This document shows positions 41,076-53,400 of a stretch of DNA of 64,000 nt, piece by piece (within the stretch, counting starts at the first letter, position 1; each line of letters opens with the position of its first letter). Source of the DNA: Macrostomum lignano. Lineage: Eukaryota. Under the pieces are notes generated by a model. That model was given only the letters and a program-made list of their open reading frames with translations, was not told the DNA's origin and did not search any database. The stretch covers positions 302,901-366,900 of the forward strand of contig NIVC01001066.1 in the NCBI GenBank assembly GCA_002269645.1, in the 5' to 3' direction. The translations under genes and the position numbers were made by a program.

Positions 41076-41551
41076 CCGTGGAAGGGGTGTATGCTTCGAC
41101 AAAACAAAACACAAAGCTTTGTCGAAAAAGTAAAATTGAAAACTATTTTTTTAAACCGAAGTAGGTTAGCTCAGAGCCAATATTGCACAGCAATTGTATT
41201 TTACAGTTGATCCCACCAGCACCAATTTTTGTTAATTATATTGTTGGTGAAGCAATTAGTTTGAAACCAGCTTTTCTAACGATTTAGGTATTGAAGAAAA
41301 ATTAATTTATTACTTTTCCTACATTTATGGAATCGATTCTGCATTACATGTAGACGACGGACTATGCACTAAAATGATTAAATTACGGTAGAGATATGCG
41401 CTTTTGCTACTTGTTTATAGCGAGACTATTTATAAGTAGCTTTACAGAATATAGCTAGAATATTTTATTTTGAAACAATAAACGATAATCAATTTCTAGC
41501 CAACTCAGTCTAAAGTCAGAAGGTCTTGGATTCGATCCCCCCCGCCCCGGG

Positions 41552-43776
41552 TCAGTCGCAGCCAGACTGCAGAGCCTCCTGCTCCTCCGCCAGCCGCTTG
41601 TGCTGCAGCAGAATCATCTTCAACTCGTCGCGGGCAATCCGGCCGTCCTTGTCGGCGTCCCACTGCTCCATGATGACATCGCGGAAGTATAGCATCTTGG
41701 ACTCGTCGTAGTCCTCGCCGGTCAGCTCCAGGAGGTCCTTCAACAGTCCGGCCAGCTCGTCGCCTTCGATCTGGCCGCTCCTGTCCGTGTCGTATTTGCG
41801 GAACAGCCGGTCGATCTCGGGGCCGGACAGGCGGGACGCGTTTTTCAGCAGCGGCTTGGCCAAGAAATTGTCCTTCACTGGCAGCAGGCGGGCCAGCTCG
41901 CTCAGCTGCAGCTGGCCGTCACCGTTTCTTAGAAATAATGGAATGGCGGGAATTCAAATTGTTTCAGTTTCTTCAGCTGAAGTAGTTGCTTCTCTCGGAA
42001 TATATAGAAGTTCAATACTTGTGAGACTAATTAAATGCTAAACTGTAAACTTTGAAACCTAACTAGAGAATAAGCTTACTCAGAATCTATTGAAAACTCT
42101 GAGAATTTCAAATCCTCAAGATCCACAAAGTTTTTATCGGTAGAGGATCTCAAAAAAACAAAAAAAACGATTTCACACTTTTTTAGAAATTGAAATTCTT
42201 GATTCTTGGAATCAAAAATTGTAATTTTTTAAATACAAAGTGCATACTTCTTTAAATCCGAAATTTTAAATCCGTAGAATTCCAAATATAAGACGCTTTG
42301 TATTCTCAATTCTTAAAATCTTAAATTCCACATTGTTAGAATCCTCAATTCTTAGAATCGCAAGCTCCAAATTGTTAGGATAATCTATTCCTAATATCGA
42401 AAATTCCAATTTCTTAGAATCCGATCTAAGAATCGCAAACTCCAATTTGTTAGAATTCTCGATTCTTAGAATCGCAAATTCCAATTTGTTAGAATCCTTG
42501 ATTCTTGGAATCGCAAACTCCAATTTGTTAGAATCCTCGATTCTTAGAATCGCAAATTCCAATTTGTTAGAATCCTCGATTCTTAGATTCGCAAATTCCA
42601 ATTTGTTAGAATCCTTGATTCTTAGAATCGCAAATTCCGATTTGTTAGAATCCTTGATTCTTAGAATCGCAAATTCCAATTTGTTAGAATCCTTGATTCT
42701 TGGAATCGCAAACTCCAATTTGTTAGAATCCTCGATTCTTAGAATCACAAATTCCAAATTGTTAGAATCCTTGATTCTTGGAATCGCAAATTCCAATTTG
42801 TTAGAATTCTCGATTCTAAGAATCACAAATTCCAAATTGTTAGAATCCTTGATTCTTGGAATCGCAAACTCCAATTTGTTAGAATCCTCGATTCTTAGAA
42901 TCGCAAATTCCAATTTGTTAGAATTCTCGATTCTTAGAATCACAAATTCCAAATTGTTAGAATCCTTGATTCTTAGAATCGCAAATTCCAATTTGTTAGA
43001 ATCCTCGATTCTTAGAATCGCAAATTCCAATTTGTTAGAATCCTCGATTCTTAGAATCACAAATTCCAAATTGTTAGAATCCTTGATTCTTAGAATCGCA
43101 AATTCCAATTTGTTAGAATCCTCGATTCTTAGATTCGCAAATTCCAATTTGTTAGAATCCTTGATTCTTAGATTCGCAAATTCCAATTTGTTAGAATCCT
43201 TGATTCTAAGAATCACAAATTCCAAATCGTTAGAATTCCAGGCCCCTCGCACCTGTCAAACAGGCGCAGGATGGTGTCCCGGTACTCCTTCATCCGCTCC
43301 TCGCCGACATCGCGCTTCTCTCCCAGGATGTGCCGCAGGAAGTCGCCCAACTCGTCGGCATCGATGTGGCCGGAGCTGTCACGGTCGAACTGTCGCCAGA
43401 CCCGGATGAACTCCACGCTGCTGGACAGCGGGTTGCTCCGCCGGAACAGCAGCAGGAAATTCTCCTCCGTCGGCAGCATCTGCGCCAGCTCGCCAATCTC
43501 GATTTTATTGTCCTCGTTCTCGTCGTACGCCCGCATGAACTCCTCCTTGAGGTCCTGCAAAGCGCTGTCCGACACGACCTCTTCGCCAATCCGGCCGGGA
43601 ACGATGGAGCTGACGAACTCGCGCAGGAAGCTGTCCAGCTCCCGGTCCTCGATGTAGCCGCTACCATCCAGATCGTAGTGGCTCCACACCTCCAGGAACT
43701 GGCTGGCCGTGAAGTTCTTGAAGGCGCGGGTGTCCTTGTCGCGAAATTTCTGCAGGAAGTTGCTGGCGGTGGCCAT
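41552..43776 (-). CDS. Hexa-EF-hand calcium-binding protein, calbindin-32 (Cbp53E)/calretinin/secretagogin family, 299 aa
   Basis: Exons 43253-43776 and 41552-41927 (phase 2, DR|NGDG). EF loops DLDGSGYIE, DENEDNKIE, DRDSSGHID, DRNGDGQLQ, DTDRSGQIE, DADKDGRIA; family motifs ELAQMLPTEENFLLLFR and ELARLLPVKDNFL. Confidence 0.92.
42330..43235. repeat. 39-bp minisatellite (AATTCCAATTTGTTAGAATCCTCGATTCTTAGAATCGCA)n
   Basis: Tandem units in the calbindin-like intron; each has a small AGAATC-ctc-GATTCT inverted repeat. Confidence 0.95.
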
Positions 43777-45053
43777 GGCGCAGGTTCGGCAAACAGGTTC
43801 GGCAGATATAAGCTATGCAAATTTTAACTGCGAGCAGCGAGCTCTGCACCGTCCAACGTTTTGGTTTTCGCTTTAATAACAGCCCGACCCACCCTTGGCT
43901 GAACAGAGGAATCCGGAGGGTCTAGCGATCAGCCTTCTTGTCCGATTGGGATATGATTTTTATCGATTTGTCTCACCCATAGCTCAGAATTTCTCTGCCC
44001 CCCCAGCCAGCCGGGTGCAGCTCCCAACCGAAAAAAATCCCCGTCGATTCGCACAAGCAGTGGAAATTCACAAAAAACGGTCCCCAGCCTACTTGTAGCA
44101 GCAGCTGCACAGAAGAATCTATAGAGTCGCTGGCAGGTGCAGGGGGGGGGTTCAGTCACGTGATGCGATAAGATCGTCTATTGTGATTTGGCTATGCCGC
44201 TCGCAGCTCATTGGTCCCGCAGAATTTCCACGAAATCAGCTGCATGGAGACTCGCTCGGCTGAGAAAGCCGGCGAGAGAGATTAGGGTAGGAATTTTATT
44301 GCCTCCTTTTTTGTGCAGAGTACCGAGACCGATTTTGATTTATATCAAACTTTTTTTCAACCTGTATAGCAGGGTATAAATATAACATTGAAACACGGTC
44401 CAAAATGAAGAAGCTTTGAACACTGCTTCATAAATAATAACTGCAGGAGCCCTGTGCAGGGAGGGACTTTGGCGACATCGTCCAACACAAGCAGCAGCAC
44501 TGAAGCTGTTCTGCCCAATCCGCTGAGTCCTGAGCACATACAAGTGCGCCAATACTGTGCACAAGCTCACACAGGGTGTACAGTCGGCCTGACTTTCTAA
44601 TTGTCAGGCAGTCTCCACTTTACCGCTGAGCTGCTCCGGCCGGCACAATGGTAGCTCGTAATTAGTTTTCTCCAAGTAGGTCACAGTCATGCTTCCCAAT
44701 GTATATCTACTCCCGACCAAGTATAAATTTCATCACGTGACTGCTTTCTTATGTATCCAGCTCTTCTTAAGAAGCTTAAATCGAATTGTCTGTTATTCTG
44801 ATAGAGTCTGTTTATTAACAAGATTTTACTTCACAATAATTTACTGATTCGTATGTGAGCTTTGATCCTTAACAAGCGCCCTTTTTAGCAGATGTAGCTT
44901 GCATGTAATAACGGTAACGCCAAATTTGATTTATTACTGTTACAGCAGTCGCGGCTCTTCTGCGACAGTTTTCAGTGATGAACATCGATGAAGGGCATTT
45001 CAATTGTTACTTTACAACGGTATTTTCACAGTTTTTTTTTGTTCCCTGATGCT

Positions 45054-45504
45054 TCATTGTTGGTCATCTTCGGAGGTCAAACTGGAGTCCCACAGCTGCT
45101 GAACTCGCACAGCCAATCGGCTGACGCTGAGCATCTCTCCGGTCGCTGTGCTGTCCTCCACTGCCCGCCAGACCAGTTCAGGTGGAAAGCCGAGCTTGTC
45201 AATCAAGACGGGACTGAAGCGGTGAAATGCCTTTCGTACCGTTTCTTGATGCTGCTGCTCAGAAATGCTGCTTTGATTTGCTGGAGACTCGAAATCGCCA
45301 GCTGTGATTTTGGTGTGGATTAGTGAATTCGTATACTTTTCAGGGCAAAACGCTACGCTATCTATATGTATACATAATGGCATAAAACCATAAAACCATA
45401 AACTTACAAAGCTTGCCATCGAAGTCAATCCGGGTAGGCCATGCGATTGTCGACTGAGACACCCGTTGAATACTGGCAGATTGCTGCGGAACACTTGCTG
45501 GCAT
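45054..45504 (-). CDS. Small two-exon protein (114 aa) with a UBA-like domain resembling the IAP-type UBA
   Basis: Exons 45408-45504 (ATG..CTT T|gtaagt) and 45054-45301 (cacag|CT GGC), 106-nt phase-1 intron. The segment IDKLGFPPELVWRAVEDSTATGEMLSVSRLAVRVQQL resembles UBA folds. Confidence 0.55.
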
Positions 45505-46493
45505 TGTGTTTTGAATGCGCGTTGTTATGGAGGCAATTGCAACTCTAAAAACTGACTAGCTAGTTTCTTATAGCTTATTATGTACATTGTCTAAGCGACT
45601 GTCGAGTCCCGAAAAAAATTAAAATTAGGTTCTACGTAATTTCCTTTTTTTGCCGAGGCATTGCAGTATGCGTTAAAACTACAAGGTACTAAATGACGGG
45701 CTTGTCGTAAGTTCTATTTTTAGAAATGCTGGATTGAATTCTCTTTCCGACTGTACTCGCAATGCACTAGCAGCAGTTAGCTGCTGAAAGTACGCATTGA
45801 AACATAATCTCCGCCGCGCCCTTGATAAGTGCAGTTGTGAGAACTACGTAGTAAGACTACGTATATTAGTAGACTACGAGAGGACCAGTACAGCAAGGAC
45901 ATTACAAAATTTACATATTACATACAAAATTTACATATGTGTGTAATTAATTCTACATGTATAATTACGTTATTAAATGTACGTCATACATGTCAAGGAC
46001 GACTCAAGTAGAACTGGAAACCTCGTTTCCAAGAAAATTTTAGGAGGCAAGTTTTTCAGAAAAATACACTACGGAAATAGGAAGTTTTCATTTTTTCAGC
46101 ACAAAAAAATATTGCTGCTTTCGATAGGAGGCAGACCCAGCAGTGCTCATCTTTTGATACGTTGTGCCTTTCTGACAGCTGTATTGATTTTTTATAAAGC
46201 CTGTCGTTCAGAAAATTAGGAACCAGCCTCCTCAAATTTTCCAAGAGACGAGCTATGTTTCCCGTCCTTCGAATTGAGTCGTCCTTGGTTAAGGCACTCG
46301 TTATTTGCACGGGACCGTATAAAAAATGATAATAATTTAATTTTATAATGAAAACGAGAATAAAAAAATCAAATAAAAATTATAGTTATTTATTTTATTA
46401 CTCTTACAAAAATAGTTTTCTCTGCAATCAAATACTGCATTGACAAAAAATGTTATAATGTGTTATAATGGGCTGCGAAATACCAGTTGACAC

Positions 46494-47083
46494 GGTTTCA
46501 ACTTCGGCGAAAGAATTTTCGGCGAAAGTCAATAACGGCGAAAAATACTTTCGCAATGACCATTTCGTTTAAAGCTGACCATTCGGCGAAAAATTTATTC
46601 CAAGCTTCGCTGAGAAGCTTTTTGTTTTAGAAGTAAGTTTAAAAAACGACGAACTTTAAAAAGACTAATTTTATCTAAACATGTTTTTGTTTTGTCGCAG
46701 TTTAATTTAGTTTTTTTATTAGATGCCCTTCCATTACGGCGGAATTTCAAAGTACGATTTTAGGAGCCTGGGATTTAATCTGAAAAACCACACCGTAATC
46801 ATCCCTAATCTATCGACTGCATATCGATAGATCGCATGTACATAACATAGCTACGAGCTAAGTCATGAGTTTTTAAATTTCCTAGCTGCAAATAATTTGC
46901 AGCTATGAACAATTTATTAAAAGCTTCAATCACCAAAGTGGTATATTTGCAATATATACGTAGCCCATCTTTTCGCCGAACTGGTCACTTTCTTTCGCCG
47001 AAATGTAAATCTATTGAAACTTAAAATTCACTTTCGCTGAAGCGTCTTTCGCCGAAAATTCCTTCGCCGAAATGGGCTGCACC
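46494..47083. mobile_element. MULE-like MITE with subterminal TTCGGCGAAA repeats
   Basis: GG..CC termini; TTCGGCGAAA repeats at the left end mirror TTTCGCCGAA repeats at the right; flanks AGTTGACAC / CGTTGACAC form a 9-bp TSD with one mismatch. Confidence 0.6.
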
Positions 47084-47416
47084 CGTTGACACGGTCCGAT
47101 ACTTTTTTTAATATTTTGCACTTGCTCACACTTAAACAAAGTAAATACTTTTAAATAATATTTTTATTAATCAACTGCGCAAATAAGAACACTTAATATT
47201 CTTTGTGTATTTAATTTCAATTTAGTAGTTTATTGGGCGATTAAACTACAACGAGAAGAGATTTTTTAAATTGTGCTGAAAAATATCTTACTTGAGTTGA
47301 GCAACGCGGACGAGACCATTCTCACGATACAGGTTTTGTCTTTAAAGATATAAATTAAATTGGGTAGAATCTTTCCTTAAAAGCTTTACTTTCATAATTT
47401 ATTAAATATCCTCAAT

Positions 47417-50400
47417 ATGATTCAGTCAGCTACACCTGCGGGGCAGGAAGCTCAAGCGGGCGTCTCCCTTCGAGAAAAAACACTGTCAGATTATAGAAAA
47501 AAATTAATGGAGCATCGTGAATTGGAGGCCAAGCTCAAGGAGGGTAAGATATTGATTTACTTGCGTTGCAACTAATTTTTTCTCTTACTAATAAGTTTTT
47601 AATTAACCTTTTTGCTTTTCACATAAACCTAAAATATGAATACTATATAATGCCATAAAACTTTTGCCATAATAAAAGAATGCTGTAAAAAGATAGATAG
47701 AATGCCATAAAAAATTGAGTTTTTCAAGTTAAGTTATCCCATCCAATCTTTTGTATTGTAGACTGGGTTTGGAGAAATGAAAAGTTAATGAGGTATTGGT
47801 ATTGGGAAAGGAACCAGAATCTGTAGGAAATCATCAAGCAAAGAAAGCTCAAATATTATGGACATTAGACAATGAAGGGTGCCATGACAAATTGTCTTTT
47901 CTAGGAGAAATTGGAAGGTGAAAAAATGGAAGAAGACCACTAGGATCTAGAATCTATTCATTGTATAGTAGTAAATGCTAAATCAAGAACCTATCTTAGA
48001 TTCTTGTACATCCTATTCTTCTTGTTATCCTATCTTGCACAATAAAGCATTATGCACTTTAAATTGCAATGTCATATACACATATGTATAGTTTTTATAA
48101 TAGCAGTTGTTTTTTTATGGTGACCATTAGAGGTCGGATGGGATCCCAATCCCTAAATCTCGGGATCCCAAGGAAAATTGAATTCTCACAGGACCAGAAT
48201 CCTGACTTTAAAAAACTCAAGATTCGGGAACAGGTCTTTTGATTAAAAATTTATAGAATTAGTGATTACTTAAAGGTATTTTCTTTAACTTGTACTTGTT
48301 ACATTATTTACTTTGTTGGTTACAAAACTTCATATCAATTTCATTGTGTTTTATTTCTTGATCTTGAGAATCTTTTCTCAATTTTGTTTAACTTTACATG
48401 GACAATACACTAAAATTGTCCACATGGACAATCGGTATATGTAAGCAAAATGGCTATTTTTATAGTCATAAAAAAATTTCATTTAAATTACAATGTAATA
48501 GTTTCGCAATTACCTAAAATAAACCAGCTAAAGATGGTGAAAAAAAAGTATTAGAAGTCAATATTATATCAATATATTTATTAATAATATGTTTCTTTTT
48601 TTATTAAATTTTATAGACTTAGGCCTAGCTCAAATTATAGTTTATCACTTCATCTAGATAGTATTTGTTTCAAGTGTTAACTCTAAAAATAACCATCTTG
48701 CTATTTATATGGTCACCATAACAATAACAATTATATTTTATAATGATTGCTTCTTAGCCATATACATGTTAGAACATATATGCGCAACCTCCAAAATTTG
48801 GTCGGCCATGCGACTTAGTATTAATTAGTATTAACAAAAATGCGATGTAGTTTTTGGCCAAAAATGTGACTTACATGTAAAAAACCCTAATGCAAAATTA
48901 ATGCAACTTTGGATAAACGGCAGAGGTAACTATGACTGTCTTATTAAGTCAAAATGCCTCATCAGCTACTTAGTGCTACACTTTGGTATTTTTTTGGGTG
49001 GGCATTTTTGCAACTTTCATTGTTGGCTGCCAAATCGGTCGGCCAGATTGGCCAACTCGGTCAACTGTTGCGCATGTGTGTGTTAGAATTATCATATATG
49101 TGCATGTTATATCTTTATCTATAAAAATGAAAACTATATATCTGTCTGTCTGTCTGTAAAGGCCCCATGTATAATTTTAATTGCTATAGACTCCCAAACC
49201 ACTCAACCAAATTACACCAAATTTTGTGCCTACCCTAAACTCATTACAAAGAATGTCTATGCAGAATGTCTATCTATATGCTATACAAAGCATACACACT
49301 AAGAAGATTTGTTAGGTAGAGATGAAATCTATCAATAATACATATAAGTTTCAATTGAAATTATAAATATAGCAAATTATATAATATTGATTTTTAAAAA
49401 GTTATTATCACTTAAAAATTCACAATTAAAATAGAATTTCAGCACAACAAAATAAATAATAGTTTAGTTATTTAAAGTAAAAAGTATTGCAAAGCATCTA
49501 TTGTTAAATTAGGACCTACTTTCTATTTTGCATCTAAATCTAATTTATAATTTAGGCACCAAAAAGACAACTACTGAAATATCAAATACTGAAAAGTAGA
49601 GGTTGGACGGGATTGAAATCTTTGGGCAGGATTGGGATTGGGAATAATTTTTTTCTCAGGATTGGGATCGGGATTGGGATTCGAGAATTGGGATCAGGTC
49701 TTTTAGTGTATTGTCCATGTAAAGTTAAACAAAATTGAGAAAAGATTGTCAAGATCAAGAAGTAAAACAATGAAATTGATATGAAGTTTTGTAACCAACA
49801 AAGTAAATAATGTAACGAGTACAAGTTAAAGCAAAATACCTTCAAGTAATCACTAATTCTATAAATTTTTAATCAAAAAACCTGTTCCCAAATCTTGAGT
49901 TTTTTAGGGTCAGGATTCTGGTCCCGCGGGAATTCAATTTTCTTTGGGATCCCGAGATTTCGGGATCAGGATCGGAATCCCGTCCGACCTCTACTAAAAA
50001 GCATATGAACCAAAAAGTGTGGATACCATACCAATTAAATCAGTTAGTCCCTATATAAAGGAACACCACAAGACAAAATGATTATCAAGACTATAAAACA
50101 ATTTATAAAAGCCAAAACTTTGTCCATATGTCTATATAAAATTATAGTGCTATTGAAGTCCTAAACTGCTCAACAAAATAGCACCAGATTTTGTATTAAC
50201 CCTATATTCACTATAGAAAAGGCCATGCTTGGGCGCAACCTTGGGATTCACTCGGCCGTTTCTATTGGCAACACACACATGTAAGTCGCTATTGGATGGA
50301 ATAGTAGTCACGTGACTGCTCTCAGCCAATAGCGACTTACATGTCTGTGTTGCCAATAGAAACGGCCGGGTGATTCCCAAGGTTGCGCACGTATGGAAAA

Positions 50401-53400
50401 GGCTGTAGGCTACCATAAAAGGTTTGCATTTATCTCTTCATTTTCTTAATCTAAAGGTGCAAAAAACATTAAAAAGTTAGTTTTTTAGCATTAGCAAAAC
50501 AACTATCCCAACCCCAGCTCTCTTTCCTTCCATATCTGGTTAACAATATTGCACTTTGCACATCATTTATATGCTAAACTAAAACTATAGTCAATAAAGG
50601 CCTTCAAGGAAGAGTCCTTGAATGGTATTGTTTTTGTGTTGGGTAGGGTATGGCCCAATAGATGTTACTTATAATAAGTCAATATATAACAATAGTCTGC
50701 TATAAATGTGTCCATTTAATATTGATTTGCAAGGCAAACAATAAAAATCTACTTCCAATTTGTTATTCCCAACTCTGTTTAGCTCGCGAAAAACTCCGCG
50801 ACCTAACAAAAGAATTCGACAAGTCGGAGGACGCACTAAAGGCGCTTCAAAGTGTTGGCCAAATTGTTGGCGAAGTGCTTCGCCAGCTAACCGAGGAGAA
50901 ATTCATTGTAAAGGCCACCAATGGGCCGCGTTATGTTGTTGGCTGCCGGCGCAGTATCGACAAGAAACGGCTGAAGTCTGGCACCCGCGTGGCTCTCGAC
51001 ATGACCACCATGACTATTATGCGCTGCCTGCCGCGCGAAGTAGATCCTCTAGTTTATAATATGAGCGCCGAGGATCCCGGCGACGTGTCCTACGCTAGCA
51101 TTGGCGGCCTGTCCGAGCAGATTCGCGAGCTGCGCGAAGTTATCGAATTGCCGCTGCTTAATCCCGAGCTTTTCCAGCGTGTCGGCATCTCCCCGCCTAA
51201 GGGCTGCCTGCTGTATGGCCCGCCTGGCACAGGTGAGTCTGACTGGCATAGATAGATAAATAATAGGGCGAAAAATGACACACACACAGTGCGAGAAAAT
51301 TCACCCTTTCTTTAAAATTTAAATTCGAAGAAATATACCAATATTTTGACCGAAACTAGGTCTTCGCCAGGGTATAATTGAGAAAAAAAGCTGTAATAAG
51401 GGGCGGCGCATTAAAACAATTTGGTAGTATTTGTCGTGAGTATAGAAGTACAAAATGGCCGTGCGAATTTCGTGAACAACTCGCCCAGAGTGCTCCGTGA
51501 AACGAAACACTATTGTGATACAGACGCTTTTTTCAGTGATAACATGTGTTTAAACCTCCCAGAGTCTGAGTCTGTAGTAGTAAAGCGATGAGATTCTGCA
51601 ATCTGCTCCATATTCCTCCGCCTGCGCTAGGTTCCCTATTTAGTGGTCAGGCACTCAAGTACTGGGGAACCACAGACCCATAAAGCGCAAGTACTGAAGA
51701 TTGCTTGTTGACCGAAAGTGTCTGGAGATTGGGGTGTCCTTAGCCAATCTGATGTCGCTCTGATATGCTTGAAGTCGCCTACAGTCTCACGGACGTAGAT
51801 ACAGCAGTCATTGCAAGTCTTGCACATAATGGCATACACCTTATTTCTAGAGTCAGCGGAATTTCTGACAAATATTTTTATCTCATTTTTGTTGCACTAG
51901 ATCCTGGATAAACTTAGCTAAAGTGTAATTCGCAACGGCGAGCGTATCGGAGAAACAGATTTCACTAAATCCTTGAATGTTTGCTTTGACTGAAATGACT
52001 CCAGATGCAAGATCTGGCGTGAATCGGTGGGTTTGAAGTAGATAGAGCACGTCTCTTTTTTGTTGCCTCCGTCAGTCAGACTGACACAGCAGTCCAGGAA
52101 GTAATTAAATCTTCTCTCCGCTGCATTGCATCGTGAGTCGGATGTTGCTATCGAATCCATTCAGATGCCTGTGCATCTCCTTTAGTTCGATTTCAGTGCC
52201 GACGAAAACCATAAAAATGTAGCGCTTGAAAAAGCAAAGAGTCAGCAAAACTGCTTTTGAAGCTTTGGATCCCCCCAGACAAACAAATATGTTGGCGTAG
52301 GATGGCGCAAAGGCCTTTCTCATGCTTGTGCCTTTGAATTGAAGATAGCGCGTGTCGTTGAAAACCAAAGTCATTTTTGTTCAAGTTAATTTGCAGGGGC
52401 GCAAGTAGTGGTTATCGGGCCTTGAGATTTAGTAACTTTTTTGAAGGCATCTCTATTGGATTTACATAGATTCAACGTCGATTTTTACCAAAAACACTTG
52501 TCTTTGTTAAAAAGTCAAATCATTGATGGGAATGATAGCCGCTTGAAGTTTATAAGAAGAAAGAAACACCAAAACAAGCATGTTTAAAGCCAACGCGTTT
52601 CGACGCAAACCGTCATCAAGGCATGCCACAGCAATCATCACGACAAATATATTTAAAAACAAATCCAGTACTAAGGCAATAGACAGAATGATTTCATTTA
52701 GGTCCGGTCGATAAATAAGCGTGCAATATAATACATTACAACACTTGGCTGCTGGCCGCATTCACGAAACCTACTAGTTTTTTGCACTTTGCCATAGACA
52801 ATATTTATGACTTTCAAGGCGGATTGGCCAGATAGTGTGACCTTGTCTGACAGATTGAGATTCCCTGCCTGGCGGTTCAATTTGTCCACAGTACTTCGGA
52901 CGCTGTCGGTTGCCTCGATATCCACCACTGAGTCAAGTGTGTAAATTTTGTCTCTAGAAAGGGCTTGCGACAATGATTCACGATTACATCTGCAAATCGT
53001 CTTGGTAGGTCATGACAACAAGGAAAGAGAATGACCGCTTTGACAGATGAGCTACAGTTTTCAACTGCCCACGTATCGCTTCGATTACTATAGGAGGGTC
53101 AAACCCAAATTGTACATCTGGATTATATAGAGACTTTCGTCGTCGCCGATCGTTATTGTTGACTTTTCAACAGGAGGCAGTTTCCAGTCCTTATGTCTTT
53201 TGCGGGCGTTAATCTGGCTAGATTGAGAAAGTGCCTATTGAGGTAGCGTCTGTTCATGACTGTCTCCATTGCTATTGTCATGAATGTGTTATTATGAGTA
53301 CACTATCCTACGCCGGGCCAGTCTGGCCGTCCGGCGTCCTCCCCCCTCAGATGTTTTCTGACTCACCCACCTTCACTTCTGAGCGTGCGTAGCCCCCAAC

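Noticed and set aside
39760-41133. Four 390-450 aa repeat ORFs; possible CRISPR-like array
   Set aside because: Head-to-tail identical 33-bp units with no unique spacers, in a eukaryotic context
42266-43409. LRR-like 13-aa repeat ORFs (LESLILRIANSNL)
   Set aside because: A 39-bp array confined to the calbindin intron, not in frame with exon 1 and without proper start context
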